64,000 nt of DNA, taken from the NCBI GenBank assembly GCA_965112735.1, contig OZ218956.1, forward strand, positions 3,534,001 to 3,598,000, written 5' to 3'. The stretch comes from Phaeosaccion multiseriatum (Eukaryota > Protista > Ochrophyta, other classes). The position numbers and the translations under genes are program-made. Shown piece after piece: positions 26,101 through 36,838 of this stretch (position 1 is the stretch's first letter; each line of letters opens with the position of its first letter). The notes under the pieces are model-generated. The model did not search any database and had not been told where the DNA came from. It saw nothing but the letters and a program-made list of their open reading frames with translations.

Positions 26101-29100
26101 TGGGACGGCAGAAGCGCAGACTTCAGAGGGGAGCACGGGAAGCGTGGGGCTCTTCAGCGGAGGACAGGGGACGGGCAGCGGCGATGTTAGTGTCAGGACA
26201 GGGGACACTGCCAGGGGACCGAGTGGGGCCATACTGTTGAGGGCAGGGGCGGCAGAGGGGGCGGGGGGGCAGGTGGGGAAGGCGGGGTCGGAGTATGCCC
26301 AGGGGGGGATGGTGATTCTCGAGGGAGGGCGATCGAGGGGAGGGGGCGGTGGACTGGTGGAGGTGAGGGGAGGAGGAGGAGGAGGAGGAGGAGGAGCAGC
26401 AGGAGGGAAGAAGCCGGGTGTTGGTGTATCACCAACTGCTGCTTCGGGAGTGGCGTTGACCGAGCGGGTCTGTCGGGGGGGGGACGCTCCGGGCTCGGAG
26501 GAGCAGTGCGTTGACGTGCCTCTGTCAGCCGCGGCCATCCAGCGGGCAGAGGAGGCGGAGAGGGAGAGGGAGAGAGAGCGGCAGAGAGAGGGGGGCGTGC
26601 TGCTGAGTGATGCGGACCGAAGCGCCAGCCTCGTTGTGGCGCAGGCGGTGGTGCGGCTTGAAGCGAAGCGAGACGTAAGGCTTGAGGCGGAGGAGGGGCA
26701 GGTGCGCGTAGAGGCGGGGGAGGCACTGAATCTCACCTCTCCCACTCTGGTGTGGCGTCCTACGGGTGTTGGTGCTCCGTCCTCATTAGCATCTGGCGGC
26801 GTACCTGAGCTGTACGGGAACGCCTCTGCGCTGTCCCTGTCGGCCCCAAAGACCGTGCTTGTGCACTCAATGGACGAGTTCCGCATCACGTCTCCAGGGG
26901 GGCAGCTCCACGGCGACCCGGGGGGGGTGAGCCTTTTCACCGGCGGCCCCGGGGGGGCGGAGGACGGCGGCGGCGGGGGGGGGGCAGTGTCGCTTGTGGC
27001 AGGGGCAGGCAGCGCGACGCTCGTGCTGCAGGATTCACAGATGGCTGGACAGGCCCAACATGTCAAGCTCAAGGCGGGGCAGGGAGGACTGTGGCTGCAC
27101 GCGGCTGCTCACGCCGACCATGCGGCACTCGGCAGAGCTGCGGCTGAAGAGGCAACTGCGGCAGGGAAGGGGGCAGGGGAGAGCGCCAGGCTTGGGGCGG
27201 AGGCGGTCAAGGCGGCAGGATTGGCGGCGGAGGCTGCAAAGAAGGTTGGGGAGGGCGGGGTGGAGGGGGTCGGCGCCGGGGGGGTAGGAGGTGGAGAGGG
27301 CTCGGCTGGGTCTGGGTTGGGCCTTCGGTTGACGAGTGAGAGCGGCGTGAGGGTGTGGGCAGCCAAGGAGTCTTCTTGGGAGGCGCCGGAGTTGGATCTG
27401 CGAGCAGAGCAGGTGAGGGAGGGAGGGACAGGGGCCTTGTGTGTGTGTGTTTATCCCCATGCGAAAGGGCCACGAAGTCACTCGTCATCGGTCGGAAAGC
27501 GCCGTTCCCTCCCCTCCCCCCCCCCACCCCAAGCTCTAACCTTATAACACACACGTCGTCTTACTTAACCTTACGTCACTCAGGCGCTGCGACTGTCAGC
27601 GGAAGGCGCCGGGCTGACTCTAAACGGCTCGCACTCGCTCCGTCTCGAGATGAAGCAGTTGGTGCTACAGCAGGCCGGGTCTGCGCCAGCAGGAGGAGGC
27701 GGAGGAGGCAAGCCAGCTACAAGTGCTCTATCTCTCGATGCAGAGGGGGTCGTCGGTTTGTCTGGGGCGAAGGAGGTGCGCTTATGGCAGGGCCCCAGCC
27801 ATAGCACTGGCACTACAACTGGTCCTGGTCCTGGCCATAGCACTGGCACGGAAAGTGGGCTCTTACTCAACGCCACCCACTCTCTCCTGGGAGGGCCTCA
27901 CGTCATTCTGAGGGGCGGTCAACCGAAGGAGGGAAGGGCAGGGGACGGGGCAGGGGTACTGCATCTATACGGCGCAGGAGGCGGGGGAGGATCAGGCGCA
28001 GGTGGAGCAGCAGTTGGTGGTACAGGAGGTGTGCGGATGGAAGGCTCCCGTGCCGCAATCCACGCGTCGGAGTCCGTCGTGACCCAGTGCGCCTCCAACA
28101 GCAGCTCGATGGAGCTCAGCCCAACAGGGGGTGGGAGGGCACACGTGTGGGGTGAAGGAGTGGCCCTTGTGCAAGCCGGTAGGGAGGGGAGGGCCCTCCT
28201 GAGTGCGGGAGAGGCAGTGAGGGTCAGTTCCACAGAGGGCGGAGTCCAAGTGGTGGGGCAGCAGGGACTCGAGTTGAGTGTGCCCGGCTTCGGTGCGCCC
28301 AAGGTTACCGCAGAGGGCCTGCCTGGGCTGCCATCTACAACTAGAGGTGTTGGTGGTGCGCCTGGTGGTGGGGCCATCTGTGAGCATAGCGGCGGTGGAA
28401 GCTGTGTGACGTTGAGCTCGGAGGGAATTGCCTCAGCGGCGGCGTCAGACTATCGCGTGGATGCGGGCAAGGAGGTGCGGCTGGTGGCGGGGCAGACAGG
28501 GACCATTGCTCTGCAGGTATTGCCTGGGGCAGGGCCAGGGGCAGGGGGGGGGGAGGGAGGGAGCTTGTTGACCCTGTCTGGGGCAGGAGGAGGAGGAGGA
28601 GGAGGAGTGGGTGTGGGTGGGCTGAAGGCCAACGTCCCTTCGCTTAGTGTTGATGCCACCGATGCGGTTCGATTAGAGGTCAAGGGTCATGTCAAGGGAG
28701 GGGCGGGGATGGCAGCTCATGGGGGCTCGGCTGCAGTGGCACTGGATGGCGGCGGTGGGGCTTCGCTGACGGCATCAGGAGAGGCATCTGTCTACTCGTC
28801 AGAGGTGAGTGAGGAACGGAGGGGGGGAGGGAGGGAGGGAGGGAGGGAGGGAGGGGATCAGTGAGTGAGTGAGTGATCTAGGCCCTCCCTTTCCCTCTCC
28901 CTTCAGGTTGCTCGTCTGCACGCAGACAAGAGAGTCATCATTGGTGAAGAAGCAGGCGTATCACCAACAGCCGCAGCACCGACCGCAGGACAGGGCAGCA
29001 CGGGCATCGCTCTGCACCTTCCCGAGAAGCGCCTCTTGTTGAGGGGTGGGGAGAGCGTCGACGTTGGAGCTGAGCTTCACATGTGTGTGTTTGCAGGGGA

Positions 29101-32100
29101 GGGACGCCTCGTCAAGGGACAGCCCCCCACCGCTGCTGCCGCCGCCGCCGCTGCCACTCGAGCACAGATCAGAGGAGGAGCGGGAGGGGCGGGGGGAGGG
29201 GCAGGGGGCGTGGTCGGGGGGGCAGGGGTGTGCTCACATGCAACAGAGCTGCAAGTGCACACATGGGGGCACCGCATTTCCGCCGCAGCTGTGGAGGGGA
29301 TGGAGTGGAGTGTGGGGAAGGAGGGGCCGGCGGGGGCCGCTGCTAACGGTCAGACGCTTCTCTCCCTCAACACTTCGGGGGCAGAGCTGATTGCGCGGGA
29401 GGTGGGTAGGGGGTGAGGAGGTGCATGGGAGGGAGGGGGTTGTGTGTGTGTGTGTGTGTGTGTGGGCGTGCGTGTGGGTGGGATGTGTGGGTGTGTGCGT
29501 GCGTGAGTGTGTGCGTGTATGTGTATGTGTATATTTACCTCGTCGTTCTCCCATCCGGGGGTGGTGCCTTCTCTTCAGAATGCGCAGCTCCGCGCCTCAT
29601 TCATTCACGCTCTCCTCCCTCCCTCCCTCCGTCTCTCCCTCCCTCCCTCCTCCCCTCCCTCCCTTCCAGTCTATCCGCTTGCAATCAGCAGACCCCAGCA
29701 AGCTCTCTTCGGCCGCCTCCCTCTCCCTGGGCATGGAGGGAGGACGAGGAGGCAAGAGCAGCAGGCTGGAGGCAGCTGCAGACACACTCTCTCTTGCCAG
29801 CCATAGAGCGACACCCGGGGGGGGGGGCTTGGAGATGAACAGCACAGGGGCGTGCCTCTATAGCCACAAGCAGGTATGGAGCAAGTGCAAGTGCAAGTGC
29901 AAGTGCAAGTAGGGGCGTTGGTGATATGGTAGAATAAGTCACAGAAGATGAGTCAGTGAGTCCTGTCTTCGAAAAGAAAGAGATGGGGGGGGGGGGGGAG
30001 GGTTGCAGGACGGGGGTGAAATCCTGAGGACACTACGCTAATTGCTTGCTCTATATACGCTCTATCTATCAATCTTCTTGTCTATATGTGCACAGGTGTT
30101 GGCCTCCGTGGGGGACGGATCCGTCTTTCTGGATGTGTCTCCGGGCAGAGGAAGACTTGCGGCAGGAGCACCGGCAGGGGGCGGAGCAGCACTAGGGGCA
30201 GCAGTTGGTGATACAGGGACAACGGCAGGGAGGGGGGCCACCGGGCCGGGCGGGGAGGTGTGGCTACAGGCTGGGCAGGAACCGCGCCCCCTGGGGTTGC
30301 GGGGGAAAGGGTTCAGTGCTGTGAAAGTCACAGCTGGCGGGGTAGACATTGCTTCGGAAGGAGTGGGGCTCTTCGCGCAGGAGGATATGGTGAGGGAGGG
30401 AGGGAGGGAGGGAGGGAGGGAGGGAAGGAGGGAGGGAGGGAGGGGGGGAGGGAGGGAGGGGGGGGGTGGGTAATAAGTCTGGTGAGTCGAGCAGGATGCC
30501 TCAAGCTTCAGCACCACACTGCTACCCCTCCCTCCCTCCTCCGTATGACCAACTCGCTCAGGTGCTCAAAGCCGGCAACGAGGTCCATCTGTACTCGGGG
30601 GCTGCTACTCGCGGGCCTCATGGAGTTGGGCCCCCCTGGACCCCCAATCAGCTCAGCGGGCTCTCAGAGGCCTTCCTCACCAACGCCACCGCAGGCATGA
30701 GTGCCCCTCATAAGGTGTGAAGGGAGGGAGTTGGGCATACAGAAGGAGGGAGGGAGGGAGGGAGAGAAATAATGCCCGTCCAGTCGCTCACTCCTCCTTC
30801 TCTTCCTTCCTCCTTCTCCCTCTGCCTCGAAGATCGCACTCCTTGCCGGCCGCGGCACCTTGGCGGCTCAGGGGCAAATCGAGCTCAACGCCTCCGACAG
30901 CCGAGTGATGCTCAATCACACCCATGTAGCGCTCATGGCGGGCAACGGTAAGGCACTGAGAGGCTGAGAGGCACTCGTCGGTTAGGAGGACGAGGAGGAG
31001 GAGGAGGAGGAGGAGGAGGAGGAGGAGGAGCAGGAGGAGAAGGAGGAGGAGGAGGAGGAGGAGGAGGAGGAGCAGGAGGAGGACGAGGAGAAGGAGGAGG
31101 AGGAGGAGGAGGAGGAGGACGAGGAGGAGGAGGACGAGGAGGAGAAGGAGGAGGTCCCTCCCCTCCCCTCCTCCCCACCCCTCACCTCCCCTCCCCTCCC
31201 CTCTCTCACCTCACCTCCCGTCTTTCACCTCACCTCACCTCACCTCCCCTTCCCTCCCCTCCCCTCTTTCACCTCACCTCCCCTTCCCTCCCCTCCCCTC
31301 TTTCACCTCACCTCCCCTTCCCTCCCCTCACCTCTTTCACCTCACATCCCCTCCCCTCCCCTCCCCTCCTCCCCACCCCTCACCTCCCCTCCCCTCCCCT
31401 CTCTCACCTCACCTCCCCTCCCCTCCCCTCTTTCACCTCACCTCACCTCCCCTCCCCTCCACTCCCGTCTTTCACCTCACCTCACCTCACCTCCCCTTCC
31501 CTCCCCTCCCCTCTTTCACCTCACCTCACCTCACCTCACCTCCCCTCCCCTCCCCTCTTTCACCTCACCTCCCCTTCCCTCCCCTCACCTCTTTCACCTC
31601 ACATCCCCTCCCCTCCCCTCCCCTCCTCCCCACCCCTCACCTCCCCTCCCCTCTCCTCTCCTCCCCTCGCCACCCAGTGCCTCTAAGCGACGCTCTGATG
31701 GCCCATATGCCCCTGTCTGGTCTACCCGCTGTGACATCTCCTGCCCGGCTGCTGCTCGCCTCTGCCGGAGACACCTTCCTCTCTGCCAAGAGGAGTGTGT
31801 CGGTAGGAGCAGCAGGGCTCCTGAGGCTCGAGTCAGACAAGAGCACCGCTGTCAGAGCCCAGGGGGGCTTGTTCCTCGGGACGAAGGAGTATCGAGCCGA
31901 TAGTGGTGAGTGGGGGTGGGGTGGGGTGGGGTGGGGTGGGGTTGAGTTGGGTGGGGTTGGGTTGGGCTGGGTTGGGTGGGGTGGGGTGGGATGATGGGTT
32001 GGGGTGGGGTGGGTGGGTCGCAAGCCTGGCCTAGGGTGGGGTTGGGTTGAGTTGGATGGGGTGGGGTGGGGTGGGGTGGGATGGGATGACGGGTTGCGGT

Positions 32101-35100
32101 GTGTGGGTCGCAAGCCACTTAGACCAAGCCACTCCCCACCTCACCCGCACCCACATCCCTCATCCTCACCCCTCACCCTCAACCCTCACCCTCACCCCTC
32201 CCCCCCACTCAAACCCTCACCCTCACCCTCATCCTCTTGCCCCTGTCCCCTCCCTCTCTCTCTTCCCTATTTCCCCAGGAGTCAATCCCGTGCCCCATGG
32301 GCATGTGTTGCTGGCGCCGAGGGAGACCTTCGCTGTCGGCATCGGACCGTCATTTTCCGAGTGGCCGCACTCCAAGGACCGTCTGCTGCCATCGCTGGTC
32401 ACCATTAGCAATGTCTCCGCTGCTTCCTTCGTCCCAAGAGAGGGGTCTTCTCCTCCGCTCCCCCCGACTCGAGTCAACCCCGGTGCGTCAAGGCAGGAGG
32501 AGTCACAGCTGTTCATTCATTCTGAAAGCACTCCTGACCCCTCCACTCCCCTGCCTTCCCTTCCCCTCCCTCCCTCCCTCCCCTCCTCCCCCTCCCCTCC
32601 CCTCCCTTCCCCTCCACCCCCCTCCACTCCTCCCCCTCCCCTCCCCTCCCCTCTCTTCCCTTCCCCTCCCCTCCCTCCCTCCCTTCCTTCCCCTCCCCTC
32701 CCTCCCTCCCTCCCTCCCTCCCTCCCTTCCCCTCCCCTCCCCCCCCCCCCCTCCTATCCGTACGCTGCCCATCAGGACCCGACGCGCACCTTTCCATCCT
32801 CTCCGACGGCGACGCTGCCATGACCATCCTCTCCCCCGACGGTTTCACCTCCTCCTTACGCTTCGGCTCCTCCTCCCCCTCCACACACCCCGCGCCTCCA
32901 CGCACCGCAACCGCCAAGATATACGTCCGAAACGGTCACCAATACAACGAAACGGCACTCTATGTTACCCTTGGTGAGGGGGCCCAGGGTCCTACCCTGG
33001 GACCCTCTAAAGCGAGCAAGTTGGTCCTGACGGGCCAGGGTCGGGTCGGGTTGGGCAAGGGGGATGAGCTTGACAAGTGGGGCGGTCAAGCTCTCAAGGG
33101 CACCGTGCATATGTTCGGGGTGGGGGGCAAGGCAGGGGGAGGAGTGGGCGTGCTACCCACGTTGGTGATACAGGGCAACACGGCGTCGGGTTTGGAAGGG
33201 AATGTCGTGCAGCTGATTGGGCAGTCGGCGACGGAACCCAATACTATTGTGCTCACGGCGAGGAAGAATGGCGTGAGGGTGGAGCCCTTTGAGGGGAGCC
33301 GACATTGGATGGTGATGCAGAGGGGCGCCACCACACCCGCCCTCACTGCGTTTGGAGCGCATGTAAGTGAGGGAGGGAGTGGGGAGGGGAGGGGAGGGAG
33401 GGATGGAGGGAGGCGGTGGAGGGAGGGAGGGAGGGAGGGAGGGAGGAAGGGAGGGAGGAAGGGAGGGAGGGGTGTTAGTGAGAGAGTGAGGGGGGGGGGG
33501 GGGTTTGAGAGAGAAGGAGAGAGAAAAAAAGAAAGACAGAAAGACAGAAAGAAAGAAAGAAAGAAAGAAAGAGAACTTCTTGTTGTGACTCTCTTCCTCC
33601 TCCTTCTCCTCCTCCTCCTCCTCCTCCTCCTCCCACTCCTCTTCTCCCCCCCCCTTCCAACACCCCCTCTCCCGCAGGACAACCAATTCATGCCCCACAG
33701 CCTGCTGCTGGCCCACTCCGAGGGCGGTTCTGAGAGCGAATGGCAATCTCACGAGGGAGTGGGGAGGGCAAATAAGGCCAACCCTTCAGTCACCGCCGCT
33801 GCCTTCAGTCCCAAGGGCACCACAGGCTTCGGCACGGCGCCCACAAGTGCAAGGTGAGGGAGGGAGGGAGGGATGGCAGTAGATGGGGGGAGGGAGGGAG
33901 GGAGGGAGGTGGGGAGGGAGGGAGGGAAGGAGGTGGGGAGAGAGGGAGGGAAGGAGTGAGGGAGGGAGGGAGGGAGGTGGGGAGGGAGGGATGGAGTGAG
34001 GGAGTGAATGAGTGAATGATATAGTGAGTGATTTCCCCCCTCTCCCCATCCCCCCAGAGTCACAGTGGGAGGCAAGCTTCTCTCCGAGGAGGTGCACGTC
34101 ATGGCCTCGCAGGCGTGGATGAGAGACGTCACCCCCGCAAAGGCCGTTAACCCTGACGTCACCGCCAAGCTGCTTGAACTTCAAGTGCTCAACTTCAATT
34201 GGAACGCGCAAGCGGCGGAGAGGTTCGGAGTGAGTCCGGATGCGCGGCAGACGGGCTTAAGCGCCAGTAACGCTCAGCAGGTAAGGTAGGCACTGTACCG
34301 TTGTGTCTTTCATCACTCCCGGTTGGCCCCCCAACCGATGTATGGGTATCGATGTCGATATAGTGTGTCGATGTGTATATCGAGTATGTCGCCACTCCCC
34401 TCTTGTCCCTTTGCCACACCCGCTTACCCACACACCCATATACCTCCATCTGCCTCTCTCTACCTCTTCCTTCGACCTCCTCCTCCTCCTCCTCCTCCTC
34501 CTCCTCCTCCTCCTCCTCCTCCTCCTCCTCCTCCTCCTCCTCCTCCTCGTCCTCCTCCTCCTCCTCCTCCTCCTCCTCCTCCTCCTCCTCCTCCTCCTCC
34601 TCCTCCTCCTCCTCCTCCTCCTCCTCCTCCTCCTCCTCTGTCTGTACCCGCTGCCCCTGTCCATGCCCTTGCCTCTTTCAGGTGCTTCCCGAGCTCGTCT
34701 CTCTAGATCCGGCGGCGGGCGCGGGTACAGCCTCGATCTCGCACAGTCGTCTCCTGTCGCTGCTGCTTCTCTCCTACCAGCAAGAGGTTGGGGTCGGGCT
34801 ACCCAAGCTGGTGCAGCAGGGCAGCGAGCACGGGGCAAGGCTGGAGCAAATGGCAGCAGATGGGACTGCCTTTGCGGCGTCGGTTAACGCCACTTTGGAA
34901 GGGCTGAAGACGGCAGCAGATGGCCATGGAGCAAGGCTGACGCGGGGGGAGGAGGAGGGTCGGCAGAGCAATGCGTCTGTCACAGCGCTCCATACGGCGG
35001 TTTCTGAGTTGCAGCTGTCTCTCGCTGCTTGTGAGGACAAGGGCGGCAGGTCAGTGACACTCACGCACGGAAGGACGGATGGATGGCAGCCGATTGAGGG

Positions 35101-35892
35101 GCTCTTTATTCGTATGTGTGTGTGTTTGCGTGTGTGTGTGATGATAACAACACCCTGCTTCTGTTTCGAGTGCACCCGTTCCTCATGCCTCGGCATCTCT
35201 CCTCCTCCCTCCATAGCACACCCTCACCCACACCCCTTTACCCATATGCCTCTGTCCGCCCCCTCCCCTCCCTTCCCATCTACTGCCATCCCCTCCCCCA
35301 AGGCTGGAGGCGGTGGAGGCCCGTCTGGAGGCAGCAGGGAAGCTTCTGGACTCACAGCGGGCGGCCCTTGCAAGCGCTGAGCAGAGTATCCTCGCCATGC
35401 AGCAGCTGCTGGATGACCAACGCGCCACCCTGGAGAGGATGGAGGCAGTCCTGGAGCCTATCGTCGCTCAGCCGAGGTATGGGAGGAGGGGAGGGAGGGA
35501 GGAGGAGGGCTAAGCGCTATGATTCTTAAAAAGTCACCTCCAACCCCGACCGACCTAACCCCAACCCCCCCCCCCTCCCCCCCTCCGTCCCTCCCTCCCC
35601 GGGTGATGGCCGCAGCTACCCCGTGACAACAGAGGAGGTACTCTATCTGCAAGCCATAGAGTCACTCGAGGCCCAAGCCACCGAAGCTTTCCTCCTCTCC
35701 TCCTCCACGTCCTCCTCCTCCTCCGGCACGCCCGGAGCGCCCCCCCCTCCTCCTCCTACGGCCAAGGCTCTTCAGGCGCACCTCGACTCGGAGTCTGTCC
35801 GTCAGGGCATTTTGACGGCCGCACAGGCGAGGCTGAAGCGTTGGAACGGACATCTTGGGGTCCTCAGGAAGACCGCAGCCGCTCGGAAATAG
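23195..35892 (+). CDS. Secreted ~2,600-aa tail-fibre/tail-spike-like protein with beta-strand repeats, a peptidase-S74-like intramolecular chaperone domain and a C-terminal coiled coil (~18 exons)
   Basis: Signal peptide FLLKVALVLALTFLWLCSDA. Approximate exons: 23195-23461, 23877-24693, 25243-25516, ~25700-27412, 27584-28804, 28907-29401, 29670-29873, 30096-30389, 30562-30714, 30832-30948, 31678-31905, 32279-~32482, 32776-33362, 33678-33853, 34058-34280, 34682-35049, 35303-35476, 35616-35892, with GT-AG boundaries. Repeats include GGDVVLEAG, SGDVSVRTGD and SGAILLRAG. The C-terminal region reads ASQAWMRDV...LLELQVLNFNW...TGLSASNAQQVLPELV...ISHSRLLSLLLLSYQQE. Confidence 0.75.
24711..25004. repeat. 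(GACT/GACC)n microsatellite, intronic
   Basis: Seen directly. Confidence 0.95.
31155..31665. repeat. (CCCCT/CACCT)n compound satellite with internal block duplication, intronic
   Basis: Seen directly; it follows a (GAG)n tract in the same intron. Confidence 0.85.
34476..34638. repeat. (CTC)n microsatellite, intronic
   Basis: A near-perfect trinucleotide tract in the intron that interrupts the S74-like domain. Confidence 0.95.
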
Positions 35893-35916
35893 GAAATAGT
35901 ACAAAGAGAGGGAGAG

Positions 35917-35954
<38 letters not shown>

Positions 35955-36289
35955 GAATCCGTTCGGAAGGAGAAGTACAAAGAGAGCGGGACATATTGTA
36001 TCACATGTACATATCATACATGGCAGATGGGCGGTGCTGCTCGAGCAAAATACACACAAACATACACACTGTCACCGACCGCCCTGGATTGCTTAAATTA
36101 CATAATTGAGTGTTGTTGATGGCCAACCGCGTGGTCATCCCATCCCCCTCCTCACCTCCCCACCGCTCCCCACCCATCTGCCTGTCCATCCTAAGAAAAG
36201 CCGCATGCCCGTACGCTTTCGCCTGGCTCTATGCCTGCCTCTCCTATCCCTATCCATCCTCTGGCCCATATACCCATAGCCTGGTCATG

Positions 36290-36791
36290 CTATGCCTCGT
36301 CCAAGAAGTGGTCTCGCATGTGTTGGCGGCTCGCCCTTCCCCTGTGGTGGAAGCATGGCAGGGGATGGCAGTGGATGGCAGAGAGGCAGTGGATGGCAGT
36401 GGATGGGGGAGTGTTCGTGTCGCAAAGGAGCGCACGCTGAGAGTAAGGTGCGCCACTCTGTGATTCTCAAGCAGGCTATTCTGTAACGCTATTCTGTAAC
36501 GCTTCTCCGCCCGACCTGCTTGGCTCACATGCCTGCCCATACCCCTACCCGTTTGCCCATATGCCTGCCCATACGCCTCACTCACCTGGCCCTCTCGTTG
36601 GTGGCCTGCTTGCTCCCCTCGCTGCTCTTGGAGTGGTAGGTTTTGGGTCCCCCCGTGCCCCCCCACTTGTCCACCTCCAGCACCTCTCGCAGCGTCTCGT
36701 TGTGCTGCAGCTGCGTCTGAGAGTCGGCATATGGGGGCATATGGGCAGGCAGGCAGAGCAAGCAGGCATATGGGCAGGCCGAGGCGGTGAA

Positions 36792-36838
<47 letters not shown>

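Noticed and set aside
23195-35892. Prophage, endogenous virus or bacterial contamination
   Set aside because: The gene has ~17 spliceosomal introns with the host's microsatellite style and a signal peptide, and no neighbouring viral genes.
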